Assembly (NCBI RefSeq): GCF_004010195.1
Contig: NC_057757.1
Location: 3,181,350-3,227,639, forward strand
Length of the DNA stretch: 46,290 nt
Direction of reading: 5' to 3'
From: Chiloscyllium plagiosum
Lineage: Eukaryota
This document shows, one piece after another, positions 12,041 to 24,413 of this stretch. The notes beneath the pieces are model-generated. The model was not told the DNA's origin, searched no databases, and worked only from the letters and a program-made list of their open reading frames with translations. A program made the position numbers and the translations under genes. Every line of letters begins with the position of its first letter. Positions within the stretch are counted from its first letter, which is position 1.

Positions 12041-12622
12041 AGCCACAGATACAAGGGCAAGCTAGCTTTTGGTAAACTGAGAAGGGGATAGATGCAACTC
12101 ATCACCCAACCTGTTTATGTTTAGCGTCCAAACTGTTGAAGACTTGACTTGCCAGACCGAAGTGTCAGGGTCAGGATCCACCTAACCTCCAGCTTGTATC
12201 TTGAAGTTATTCGAGCAAGTGGGGGAGATTCTGCGTCTGAAATCAAAGGGCTCTGCCAAGATTAAGAACAGACAGTTCTGCAGCCTGAAGTTTTCTCAAT
12301 CCACCTATAAATACATGTGTTTATCTCACGGCCCAGACATCTGAGAGAATGTGTGACTGAGTGACAGAAGATTATTTTTGGAAGCAGCCAGATGTTTTGC
12401 ATTTCTTTCCATTGCTGGATTCTTGTCATCTGGTGTAATTTCAATTCCCACTATCTGTCTCTGTCTATCTTCAGCTGCCTATTTCTCTCTGTCTCTTTCA
12501 TTCTGTCTGTCTCTTTCATTTTGTCTGTCTCCCTCTGTCTGCTTCTCTTGGTCTCTTTCCCTCACCCTGTCCTTCTCTGTCTATGTTTGTCTGACATACT
12601 TGCTCTCCATTCCTCTCTTTGT

Positions 12623-12784
12623 TGAAAATGTGTTGCTGGAAAGGCGCAGCAGGTCAGGCAGCATCGAAGGAACAGGAGAATCGACGTTTCGGGTATAAGC
12701 CCTTCTTCAGGAATCTTCGGGCTTATGCGCTTTTCCAGCAACACATTTTCAGCTCTGATCTCCAGCATCTGCAGTCCTCAATTT
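12623..12784. mobile_element. Penelope-like terminal-repeat insert, partly inverted
   Basis: GAAAATGTGTTGCTGGAAA...TTTCCAGCAACACATTTTC arms; possible low-complexity TSD CTCTCTTTGT (12613-12622, 12785-12794). Confidence 0.8.
12683..12710 (-). ncRNA. Minimal type I hammerhead ribozyme motif, intact core
   Basis: Minus strand reads CUGAAGA-A-GGG(CUUAUA)CCC-GAAA-CGUC. Confidence 0.7.
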
Positions 12785-13874
12785 CTCTCTTTGTGTCTCT
12801 CACCTGTTCTTTCTCATTTTGCCCATCTGTCTCTTTCCCTCTCTGTTCTTTCATTCTGACTCTGTCTCTCTGTCTCTGTGTCTGTCTCTGTTTCTTTCTC
12901 CCTGTCTCTGTTTCTTTCTCCCTGTCTCTGTTTCTTCCAGAGCTCAGAGCTCATTCCCCAGCATCCCTGTGGCTGCTTTGACTTTCCATCTCTAGTAAAA
13001 CTCGCGGTTCCTCATTGTCCTTCTCTCTTTTTCTCTCTCTCTGTCTGTCTCTTTCACTCTGTCTCTCTCTCTGACTCACACTGCCAATCTCTCTGTTCCC
13101 TGCTTCTCTCAGTGTAGCCAATTCTCTCTGCCTCAATCTCTTGATATTTCTTTCTCTGTCTTTTACTTTGTGTCTATCTCTCACTTTCTATCTGCCTCAC
13201 TTTACCATTCTTGCCCTTCTATCTCAGTCATTATCTTCACCTCACTGTACTTTCCTCTCCATATCTCTCTTTCTTTCTGTCAGTTTCTATTTTCTCTCTC
13301 TTCAAGCATCTGTTTCTCTCTCTTTCTCCATTTCCTCTGAGCTTCTCAATGCACCCTTCACTCTTTCTCTCCCTCTGCTACTTTCTGTATGTCCCTGTCC
13401 ATTTCTCACTGTCTCACTTTCTCCCGCACACGTAAAATGTATGAGCTATACTCATATGAATATTCAAAGATAGAACTTTGACCCACATAGGTTGGAAATA
13501 CTTACATTTATTTTTGTGTTGACAATCCAGTTTGATAGTCCCCAGCTTCTGTTATAATCTCCTGTTCTGTAGTGGATGCACTGACCCCAATAGTTTCCTG
13601 TAATTGACCTTAATTAAGACGGAGTAACTGTGCAAAGATCATTAATCTCTCAGTAGTGGGGTTATGACACAGAAGAAAATGAGGACAGTATAACTTAATT
13701 GCGGGTACTGGGTGTGAATATTCCCAGTTTAAGGGGTGGGGGAATGGACAGAACTGAATTGTACTGCTAGTCATAGATTGTTGCTGAACAATGGGAGCCA
13801 ACTATGCAATGAACATATAGGGTTAAGAATTAGTTAGTAACTGTCTTCAGGTTGTCAATGGGCGAAGGTGCAGG

Positions 13875-14365
13875 CCTCAGAATTCAGGATATTATTTAAT
13901 TGGAGAGAGTGCAGAAAAGATTGACAAGGGTGTTACAGCAATTGGAGGGCTTGAGTTATAAGGAGATGCTGGGACTTTTCTCCCTGGAGTGTAGGGGGTT
14001 GAGGGCTGACCTTAAAGGTTTATAAAAATCATAAGGGGCATGGATAGGGTGAATGGTAAAGGTCTTTTCCCCCTGAGTAGGGGAGCCTGAAACTAGAGGA
14101 CATGGCTTTAAGGTGGGGAGGGAAAGATTTAAAAGGGACATAAAGGGCAATTTTTTCACACAGAGGGTGGTTCATAAGTGTAATGAATGCCAGAGGAAGT
14201 GGTAGCTGCAGGAACAATTACATTTAAAAGACATTTGGATAGGTACATGAATAGGAAAGGTTTAGAAGGATGTGGACCAAACACAGGCAAATGGGACTAA
14301 TATGGTCAGAGTGGATGAATTGGGCCCAAGGGTCTGTTTCCATGCTGTATGACTCTATGACTCTA
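13875..14365 (+). mobile_element. CR1-type LINE 3' fragment
   Basis: LERVQKRLTRVL-like remnant, 3'UTR, GACTCTAT tail repeats. Confidence 0.85.
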
Positions 14366-14562
14366 TTGACTGAAGGACTGGTCATGTCTTTGACCAGAGA
14401 CTGCTACCTTGATCCAACTATTTCCTCAAGGTGGGGCTAACTCCGCAAGGGGAAGACTATCTCCTTGCTTTGAGGTACCTCCATGGGATGAGGCCTTTGA
14501 AATGAAATTCCGACCTTTTGATGATGCAATTCCCCTCCAACTGAGGCAGTTCGATTGAGATT

Positions 14563-15185
14563 AGAGTCATAGAGCTGTACAGCACAGAAACAGACCCTTT
14601 GGTCTAACTCATCCATGCTGACCAGAAATCCTAAATCAAAAGAATCCCATTTGTCAGCACTTGGCCCATATCCCTCAAAACCCTTCCTATTGATGTACTA
14701 TCCAGATGCCTTTAAATACTGTAATTGTACCAGCCTCCACCACTTATTCTGATAGCTCATTCCATATACAGACAGACTCTGCGTGAAAAAGCTACTCCTT
14801 ATGTCCCTTCTAAATCTTTACCCTGTCACCCTAAACCTGTGCCCCCTAGTTCTGGACTTCCCTATGCCAGGGGAAAGACCTTGTCTACTCATCTTGTCCA
14901 TGCCCCTCATGAATTTATAAACCTCTTTAAGGTCACCCCTCAGCATCCCATGCCTCAGGGAAAACAGCCGCAGCCTATTTAGCCTCTCCCTATAGCTCAA
15001 ACCCTCCAACCCTGGCAACATCCTTGTAAATCTTTCTCAACCCTTTCAAGATTCACAACATCCTTCCTGTCGGAGAGAGGCCAGAATTGCACACAATATT
15101 CCAAATGTAGCCTAACCAATGTCCTGTACAGCTGCAACATGACCTCCCAACTCATACACTCCATACTCTGACCAATAAAGGAAAA
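14563..15185 (-). mobile_element. CR1-type LINE 3' fragment
   Basis: ORFs 14818-15021 and 14997-15335 (LQLYRTLVRLHLEYCVQFW; LEGLSYRERLNRL). Confidence 0.9.
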
Positions 15186-15256
15186 CAGACTGACGTCTGT
15201 GAAGTTAAAGGATTTCCCTGAGGGTTGGAAGTGATGACTTGAGAAAGCATGACCTT

Positions 15257-15437
15257 TTGAGATGGTCCAGCACCATCGGAGATAGGACCTCGCTATTTGT
15301 GGTGGTACCTCATTGGTTGAGGTGATACTCACCATCTGAGGTTGTATCTCACTCTTTGAGCTTGTACATCACTGTCTGGGGGTGGCAGCCCATGGTCTGA
15401 GATGGCACATAATTATCTGAGGTGGTACATCACAGCA
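15257..15437. repeat. Degenerate ~20-bp tandem repeat (TGAGGTGGTACATCACTGTC-like), ~9 copies
   Basis: Recurrent TGAG(G/A)TGGTAC.TCAC at ~20-bp spacing. Confidence 0.6.
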
Positions 15438-16244
15438 TATGATCTTTTGCAGTTTCAGGCAAAATCCAAGCAGAAGCCCTTGGGATTGAACTGAACCCTC
15501 TGTTGATGCCCACTCTCCCCCTACCAATTCCCCCATCCTACCCTCTCCATTCCCTCAAATCTCGGTAGGCGCTGCGAAGAATGGGATGACCTTGAGGGCA
15601 TTGCGGAGGCAATATAAAGCCAAAATAAAGTATTGAGCCACAGCCAGTTCTCAAAAAGAAATATTTGAGGGCCTGCTACTGAGATCAAGTCAAACAGTAG
15701 CCCAGTGCTTGAGAGAAGCCTGCATTAATCAACGAGAGAATGTATTCGCAACTAGGTCACTGAGCGCAAAGATAAACTCACAACATGGCACAGGGGACCA
15801 GGGAAGCTTGCCAGCTCAAAGGAACATAACCAGCCCCTTCCATATTCAATTTGTGCCTCATTGACAAGTTGAACAGTAGAAGACAAATGAACAGAAGTAT
15901 ACAGACCTGTTTCCAGACAGTCATAAATCTCAGTGATGAGGCAGCTCCGACACCTCTTGGAGCAATGGTGGAACAAATAAATAATTTCCACTCTCACCAC
16001 CTCCCCCACCCCCTCCACCCCACCATTCCCAGAGATTTCTTCCGATTCATATCGCAGCCGGAGGCAGAGAATTAATCCCAAAGAAAGGCTCATAATCTAT
16101 CAGGTCCCAGTCCAAACCTTGCTACTAGGAAACTACAACTCAAACCTAATTGGAATCATTATACATTTAGCCCCGACTCTGCTGTCTACCCAGGTCATGA
16201 TCTTTCGGACTCAAGGTAATTTTTCTGCACTGTTCCCTTAATTC

Positions 16245-16563
16245 ATAGAATTCCTCCAGTGTGGAAAGAGTCATTCAGCCCATCGAGTCAACTCTAACCC
16301 TCCCACCCAAACCCACCACCCTACACTACAACCCTCCATTTCCCAAGGCTAATCCACCTAGCCTACATATCCCTGGACACTACAAGGGCAATTTAGCCTG
16401 GCCAATCCACTTGGCCTGCATAGCTTTAGACTGTGGGAGGGAACCCACACAGATACAGGGAGAATGTGCAAACTCCACACAGACAGCCCCCAAGGGGGGA
16501 ATTGAACCTGAGTTCCTGGCACTGTGAAGCAGCAGTACTAACCACTGAGCCACCATGCTGCCC
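16245..16563 (-). mobile_element. tRNA-derived SINE (HE1/V-SINE-like)
   Basis: Reverse complement of A/B boxes and core. Confidence 0.85.
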
Positions 16564-16786
16564 CACATGGCCTCTGCACACCATTTATATCTAGCAATCA
16601 GCCTATGTCATCTTGAATGCCTCAACTGAACCTGCCTTCTCATATACATTCAAGACTCTCACTGACAGACAGTAAAAGACTCATTGGGGATTCTTCATCA
16701 GCTTGAGCTAATTCAAACTTCTGCCAAGTCCAATTCTCCCACTGCACACCTGCCCTTTTACCCACTGCCTGACTGCTCAATAACCT

Positions 16787-17025
16787 ATCTCAGTAGCAGG
16801 CCCTCAAATATTTCTTTTTGAGAACTGGTTGTGGCTCAATACTTTATTTTGGCTTTATATTGCCTCCGCAATGCCCTCAAGATCATCCCATTCTTTGCAG
16901 CGCCTACCGAGATTTGAGGGAATGGAGAGGGTAGGATGGGGGAATTGGTAGGGGGAGAGTGGGCATCAACAGAGGGTTCAGTTCAATCCCAAGGGCTTCT
17001 GCTTGGATTTTGCCTGAAACTGCAA
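16787..17025 (-). repeat. Inverted copy of 15447-15685 (239 bp)
   Basis: Base-by-base reverse complement with three mismatches seen. Confidence 0.95.
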
Positions 17026-17297
17026 GCTGATGAAGAATCCCCAATGAGTCTTTTACTGTCTGTCAGTGAGAGTCTTGAATGTATGTGAGAAGGCAGGTTC
17101 AGTTGAGGCATTCAAGATGACATAGGCTGATTGCTAGATATAAATGGTGTGCAGAGGCCATGTGGGGCAGCATGGTGGCTCAGTGGTTAGTACTGCTGCT
17201 TCACAGTGCCAGGAACTCAGGTTCAATTCCCCCCTTGGGGGCTGTCTGTGTGGAGTTTGCACATTCTCCCTGTATCTGTGTGGGTTCCCTCCCACAG
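17023..17297 (-). repeat. Inverted copy of 16431-16705 (275 bp, includes SINE head)
   Basis: Base-by-base reverse complement with one mismatch seen; overlaps the previous segment by CAA. Confidence 0.95.
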
Positions 17298-18251
17298 GTT
17301 ATTAACTTGTATCGCATGATATAGAACATTGTGCAATGTATTTACGATACAGAAATTCCTCTCTATTTTCAACCTAATCTGTGCTACATAAAGTTTGGTA
17401 CCGCCAGCTGGTTTTGGGACTGGAGAACTTGTACTTTTGTGTCAATAAGCAATTGCCCAGTTGAGATGACCAGAAGACAGAGGAGCAGAAGTGGGCTATC
17501 AGCCCATCAAGCCCACTCTGATATTAAATGAGGATCATGGCTGATCTATTTATCCTCAGCTCCACTTTCCTGCCTTTCCCCTTGGCTCACCTTCCTGATT
17601 AAAAATACCTCTCTCTCTCAGCCTTGTATATCCTTATTGACACAGCCTCATCTTATCTTCCCTTCATTGCTCACACCTTTGAGTACAGGAGTTGGGAGGT
17701 CATGTGATGAGGTTCTACAGCACGTTGGTGAGGCCTCTTCTGGAGTACTGTGCATTAAGTTCTGGTCACCCTGGTATGGGAAGGATATTTTTGGGCTGGA
17801 CAGAGTTCAGAGGATATTTACCAGGGCGTTGACGGGAATGGAGAGTTTGAGTTTTATGGATAGGCTGGGACTTCTTTCTCTGGAGCATGGGAGGTTGAGG
17901 GGTGATCTTACAGAGATTTATAAAATCATGAGGGGCATAGATAAGGTGAATGGCAGGTGTCTTTTCCCTCTGGTGGGGGTGGGGGTGGGATGGGGTTCAA
18001 GACTAGGTTACATTTCTAGGGTGAAAGGAGAAAGATTTCTTTTTTAAATGAGGGGCAATTGTTTTTAAACAGTAGTTCGTGTGTGTAATGAACATCTAGA
18101 GGAAGTGGTGAATGAGGGTACAGTTACAAGGTTTAAAATACATTTGGATACATACATGAATAGGAATGATTTGGAGGGATATGGGCCAAGCGCAGGCAGT
18201 GGGACTACCTTGGTTTGGGATTATGCTCAGCATGGACTGGTTGGACCAAAG

Positions 18252-18697
18252 AGGTAAAAACAATGACTGCAGATGCTGGAAACCAGATTCTGGATTAGTG
18301 GTGCTGGAAGAGCACAGCAGTTCAGGCAGCATCTGAGGACAGGCAAAATCGACGTTTCGGGCCAAAGCCCTTCATCAGGAATAAAGGCAGAGAGCCTGAA
18401 GCATGGAGAGATAAGCTAGAGGAGGGTGGGGGTGGGGAAAGAGTAGCATAGAGTACAATAGGTCAGTGGGGGAGGAGATGAAGGTGATAGGTCAGGGAGG
18501 AGAGGGTGGAGTGGATAGGTGGAAAAGGAGCTGGGCAGGTCGGACAAGTCCGGACAAGTCAAGGGGACAGTGTTGAGCTGGAGGTTAGGACATTGTTGAA
18601 GAGCTTCAGGGCAGAGGAAATGACCTGGGAGTTGCAGTGGGAGAGAGACTCCCTGAGATTCTTGTAGAGAGAGGAGGAAAACTTCAAACTTCTTCAA
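18252..18697 (-). mobile_element. Penelope-like insert (terminal repeat plus internal piece) in a CR1 3' end; 13-bp TSD
   Basis: GGTTGGACCAAAG at 18239-18251 and 18698-18710; insert absent from the paralogous copy at ~32.1 kb. Confidence 0.85.
18351..18378 (-). ncRNA. Minimal type I hammerhead ribozyme motif, intact core
   Basis: Minus strand reads CUGAUGA-A-GGGC(UUUG)GCCC-GAAA-CGUC. Confidence 0.75.
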
Positions 18698-19553
18698 GGT
18701 TGGACCAAAGGGTCTGTTTCTGTGCTGTATGACTCTATGAGCTCTTTACCCAACATGCATCAAATTAGAAATTCTCACCCCATTTTCAAATGCATTCCAA
18801 TTTTAACTCCTTTGCCAAGGCCTGGCCCTCAGCTCTGCCCAAGACACAACAGTCTTCACCCACTTCATTAATGACCTTCCGTCCATTGCAAGGTTATTGA
18901 TGATTGCATAATGTTCAGCACCATTACTGCCTCCTCAGACACTGAAGTGTTGATGTGCAATAAATTCTGGAAACCTTTCAGGCTTGGAATAAAGAGTGAC
19001 ACTTGACATTCATGGCAACTAAGACCCAGGCAGTAAACATTCCCAAAAAACAGAAAGTCTTAACTATTGCCCCTTGACATTTAGTGGCATTCCCATCACT
19101 GGAGTGTTCTGGATTATTGCTTATCCATGGAAGTGGAGAGTATTTCATTAGACTTGTGCCTTGTAGATTGTGGACAATGCATTAAATAGTACCACTGTTT
19201 TTAACTATCTCCAGAATTGATTGCTGCCTAGAGTTGTTGACAACTTCACACAGAAAGTGTGGGACTGGAGTTATGTGGAGGCTCAAACTAGGCATCTTTT
19301 AAAAAATTCATTAATGGGATGTGTGTGTCGCTAGCTAGGCTGAATTTATTGCCCTGAAGAATGTGATGGCATGCTTGAACTACTTCAGTCCTCGAGCTGT
19401 AGAACCACCTGCACTGTTGTTAAAACCTAAAGCAGGGCAGAAACAGCATGATTGTTCAGAGATGGCGTAGTAGTCCAGGCAGGAGATCACTGAGAGCCAT
19501 GTTAGGGAGGTTGCACAAGTGAAGTGTTAAGGCTTGAGAGTGTGTTTCATCAA

Positions 19554-20065
19554 ACAGTGTAGAGAGAGCTTTACTGTACATCTAATCCTGTGCTGTCCCT
19601 GTCCTGGGAGTGTTTGATGGGGGACAGTATAGAGAGGGCTTGACTCTGTATCCAACTCCATTCTGTCCCAGTCCTGGGAGTGTTTGATAGGGGACAGTAT
19701 AGAGGCAGCTTTACTCTGTATCTAACCCTGTGCTGTCCCTCTCCTGGGAGTGTTTGATGGGGGGACAGTGTAGATGGAGATTTACTTTGTATCTAATCCT
19801 GTGCTGTTCCAGTCCTGGGGAATGTTTGATGGGGGACAGTGTAGAGGAAGCTTTACTCTCTATCTAACCCTGTGCTGTCCCAGTCCTGGGAGTGTCTGAT
19901 GGGGGACAGTACAGAGGGAGCTGTACTTTGTATCTAACCCCATGCTGAACTTGTCCTGGGAGTGTTTGATGGGGGACAATGTAGAGATAGCTTTACTCTG
20001 CAATTTTGTGCTGTCCCTGTTCTGGGGAGTGTTGGCTGACTCAGGCTAGAGGGAGCTTTGTACTC
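19554..20065. repeat. Minisatellite, 70-71-bp unit, ~7 copies
   Basis: ACA(G/A)T anchors at 19554, 19624, 19694, 19765, 19836, 19906, 19976; unit ...GAGCTTTACTCTGTATCTAACCCTGTGCTGTCCC.GTCCTGGGAGTGTTTGATGGGGG. Confidence 0.95.
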
Positions 20066-20534
20066 AGTATTGCATTCAGAAACATTTATTATACATTGTG
20101 CCAATATTCATCCATTCTCCAAGTATCTAATTACTGTCTGCTGGTGTCAAATGCAGAGTTCATTAGATCAGTAACCTGTTGTGAGTCTTTGATTTGACTT
20201 TGCAGAGGAAGTGGATGATGAAACATTTGTATCACTGTGAATTCAGATTGGCTGTAACGTCCTGGTGGTGTTTGTGACTTTAGATTAAGGAGTGACTCAC
20301 AGAAATGAATGAGCTGCAGTTCCCTCGTATTGTAGCTTGTCTATCTCAAAGCTGACACCACACTTACTCCAATTCAACTCTTGATCTTTGTCTGGTTCGA
20401 ATGTGTCTCAGTTGGAATGTATTGTTTCCAAGTTTTGCCTGTGTGCAGTCAGTCCCACTGTAGGAGTTCTTTCACTTCATATCAAAGATTCCATAGAATC
20501 TGAATTCATTGCACAGCAGGTAAATATTTGGGAG

Positions 20535-21440
20535 AAACTGGCATCACCATTTTCTCCCCATAGCCTTGTGTCAATCCCAAGCTAATTCCAATCCCCGTTC
20601 TATCTCCACTCCCCTGTATCAACCCTCAAACCATTCCCACTGTCCTGTGCTCTCCCCACAGCCTGAGTCAATCCCAAATTAATTACACTGCCCCACTCTA
20701 TCTCCATCCCCCTGTATCAATCCTCAAACTAACCCCACTGCCCCACTCTCTCCCCATAGCCCTGGATTAATCTCCAAACTAATCCCACTAACCCATTCAG
20801 TCCCCCTTGCCCTGTGTCAATCCCACTGACCCACTGTCTCCCCACAACCCTGTATCAATCCCAAACTAATCCCACTGCCCTGCTCTAACCCTACTGTCCC
20901 CTGTATCAATTTCCAAACTAATCCTACTGCCCCGCTCTATCCCCATTGTCCTGTATCAATTCCCAAATTAATCCTATTGCCTCATTCAGTCCCTGTTCCC
21001 TAGATCAATCCCTAAATCAATCCCACTGTTACCCCCCAGCCCTGTATCAATCCCCAAACTAATCCCACTGTCCCACTCTTTCTTCATTGTCCTGTATCAA
21101 TTTCCAAACTAATTCCACTGTCCCACTTTCTTCATTGTCCTGTATCAATTTCCAAACTAATCTCACTGCCCCATTCTCTCCCCATAGCTCTGTATCAATC
21201 CCAAACTACTCCCACTGCCCTGCGCTATCCCCATTGCCTTTTGTCAATCCTAAACCAATCCCACTGCCTGCTCCCTCCCCATGGCCCTGTATCAATCCCA
21301 AACTACTCCTACAGCCTTGCTCCATCCCCATGGCCCTGTGTCATTCACAAACCAATCCCACTGCCCGGTCCCTCCCTGTGGCTCTATATCAATCCCAAAC
21401 TAACCCCTGCTGTCTCCTCCATATCAATTTTAAACCAATT
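20535..21440. repeat. Minisatellite, ~49-50-bp C-rich unit, ~18 copies
   Basis: CCTGTATCAATCCCAAACTAATCCCACTGCCCC... recurring mostly every 48-51 bp. Confidence 0.92.
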
Positions 21441-21917
21441 TAAAGTTGCTACAATCCCAAAGATATTGGGTGGGGTCAATCAATCTTGAATGAGAGAGCA
21501 GTTAAATATGCAACATGGTGACCTCATCCAGATCATACCACAGTTACGGTCAGCGGCATATGGTTGCTGAACAACTCTCAACAAGTCTTGTCACATGGGT
21601 CCCCTGCTCATGAATACCGATCTGGTGAAAATTTGGTTGAAAATCTAACCATGTTGGTCACTGAAGAGCTGAAGGTGAGCCAGGAGAAGCCTAAAGGGAG
21701 AACGATTGATATATTAGACTGAGGAACATGGGCCTTTCATCTCAGAACTGAGGGCATTCAGTGGGGAAGTTTATAAAGATTAAATATTATCGGAAAGATA
21801 AATGTGGGGGATTTATTTTCAGTTAATCTGTGAGGGTAGAATAAAGGACACAAGATCTAATCAACAGTAAAGAAAATTTAACATATCTAGCAGGAAATCT
21901 TTCTCTGTCCAGAGAGA

Positions 21918-22250
21918 GGTGGCTCAGCAGTTAGCACTGCTGCCTCACAGCACAGGGACCCAGGTTCAATTCCACTCTCAAGCTGTGTGGAGTTTGCACA
22001 TTCTCCCTGTATCTGTATGGGTTTCCTCCAGGTGCTCTGGTTTCCTCCCTCAGATCAAAGATGTGCAGGTCGGGGGGATTGGCCATGCCTAAATTGCCCA
22101 ATAGCATCCAGAGATGTGCAGGCTGAGTGGGTTGGCCATAGGAAATGCAGGGATAGGGTGGGGAGATGGGTCTGGGTGTCATGATCTTTGGTGGATTGAT
22201 GTGGACTCGATGGGCCAAATGGCCTGCTTCCACACTGCAGAGATTCTAGA
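21918..22250 (+). mobile_element. tRNA-derived SINE (HE1/V-SINE-like)
   Basis: A/B boxes, core and tail. Confidence 0.85.
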
Positions 22251-23069
22251 ACTAGATTGATGTTAAAAATTGGAATAAAGACACTCAATGCAGACATGCA
22301 AAGCTTAAATCCACTTGTATATTGGAATATGCAAGGCCTTTGACAATTCTGTGCTTCTTGAAATTCACTGATGCCATCAATGAGACACAAAGCAGGTCAT
22401 CTTATCATGACCTCATTGCGAATTGTGCGATCTTGCTGTACACAAAATGGCAGCTGCATATATATGACAACAGTGATGTCGCTTCATGTGGGTGAAAGGT
22501 TATTGGGGTAGATGGGAATATGAGGCAATGAGATCTTATTGAATGGTGGGGCAGGCTTGAGGGGCTGAGTGGCCTACTCCTAAACCCTATGCCCATTCAT
22601 TTCAGTGTGCATTGGGTTGACCTGAAAATATGAAAGCTGCTACAGAAATGCAGCATTTATGCTTGTTGTAAGCATATTTTTTACATGTAGGTGGCGCTTA
22701 ATCAACACAATACAGTAGAAGGTAATTTTGAACTTGAGGACCTCACTGAAAAGAGAAGACATCTTGCCATCTGGAACTATCATCAGGACAAATGCACGAA
22801 TGTCAAATTCTAGACGGTTCCAATTTATACCACAGAAGGGAGCTGATTGGTTGGCAAGTTGACTCTGATTTGCCACATTGTTGCTATGGTGAAGGCAATG
22901 TGGAGCTATAGGCTTTCGTAATTTGGCTGTTGGAAATTTGGCATCATTGGATTTGTCCTGATGAAGGCTCAACAAGAAAGTTTGGCAACATGTCTATATT
23001 TTCAACAATGTTGAAAATGCTCTTTAATATCATGATAGACCTCATCCAAAAAAAAAGGTTATCTAAGTG

Positions 23070-24355
23070 TGCAATGCAATCATGATCAGCTGGACCAATG
23101 GGCTGAGGAGTGACAGATTGAATTTAATTTAGATAAATGCAAGGTGTTGTATTTTGGAAAGACAAACAAGGGCAGGACTTGCTCAGTTAATGGGAGAGCC
23201 CTGGGGAAGGTTGCTTAACAGAGAGACTTAGGAGTCCAGGCACATAGTTCATTTAAAGTGGTGTCACAGTTAGATAGGGTGGTGAAGAAGGCATTTTGCA
23301 TGTCTGTCTTCATTGGACAGAGCACTGAGTATATGAGTTGGGACATCATGTTATGGCTTCACAGAACATTGATGAGGCCACTGAATACTGGACCACAGTT
23401 CTGGTCACCCTACTATAGAAAGGATACTATTGAACTGGAAAGGGGGAAGAAAAGATTTGCAATGATGTTACCAGGACTGGAGGGTTTGAGTTATAAGGAG
23501 AGGCAAGATAGGCTGGGACTTTTATTTTTCCTGGACCATAGGAGGTTGAGGGGTGGACTTATAGAAGTTTATAAGTTTACTTATAGAAGTAAATCATGGG
23601 GGGGCATAGATACGGTGAATAGCAAAGCTCTTAATGTTAAGGGCATAATGTTAAGGTGAGAGGAGAAAGATTTAAAATGGAGCTGAAGGACAACTTTTTC
23701 ACACAGAGAGTAATATATACTGTATGTGAAAGGAACTTCCAGAGGAAATGCTAGATGTTGGCACAGTTACAAACTTTAAAACACATTTGTCAAGTACATT
23801 AATAGGAAAGATTTAGAGGGATATGAGCCAAAGGCAGCAAATGAGACTAGTTTAGTTTGGGAAACTTCATCGGCATGGACAAGTCGGACCAAAATATCTG
23901 TTTCTGTGCTGCATGACTCTATGACTTTATTACACTTATGACATTTGGAAGGTACATGACTAGTAGAGGTTTAGAGGGATATAGGCCAAACACAGGCAAA
24001 TGGGACTAGTTCAGTTTGGGATTTTGTTTGGCATGGTCGAGTAGATCTTAAGGATCTATTTCTGTGCTGTATTACTCTATGACCTTTGGACTGGCACATG
24101 AATAGGAAAGGTTCAGAGGGATATGGTACAAATGGGACTAGTTCAGTTTGAGATTCTTGGTTGGCATGGACAAGTTGGTATGAAGGGTCTGTTTCCATGC
24201 TGTATAACTCTAAGACTATATGGCATTTGAACAGGTACATGATTAAGAAAGGTTTAGAAGGATATGGCCTGGATGTAGGCAAATGGGACTAGTTTAGTTG
24301 GGAAATTGGTCAGCATGGAAGGGATGGACTGAGAGGTGTTTCCATGCTGTGTGAA
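23070..24355 (+). mobile_element. CR1-type LINE 3' fragment followed by about four tandem 3'UTR copies
   Basis: ORF 23258-23659 RT remnant; repeated AATAGGAAAGG...GGGACTAGTT..GTTTG...GACTCTATG units. Confidence 0.88.
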
Positions 24356-24413
24356 TCTGGATAAAATTGAGTTCTTTTGTTCTGTCATAACTTTCTGAGG
24401 CTTTTTGTGTCAG

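Larger units (their letters stand above)
12440..13430. repeat. Polypyrimidine (CT-rich) low-complexity tract
   Basis: Extreme C/T bias on + strand, degenerate TCTC/TCTG repeats. Confidence 0.9.
17298..18742 (+). repeat. Copy 1 of an old inverted segmental duplication (partner 32051-33162): unique sequence plus CR1 fragments
   Basis: Colinear reverse-complement match including non-repeat sequence; ORF tracks 17331-17531 (+) and 32941-33132 (-) both read CxVEMTRRQRSRSG. Confidence 0.9.

Noticed and set aside
12378..13473. Hydrophobic Ser/Leu/Phe-rich ORFs suggesting membrane proteins
   Set aside because: Translation of a CT-rich low-complexity tract
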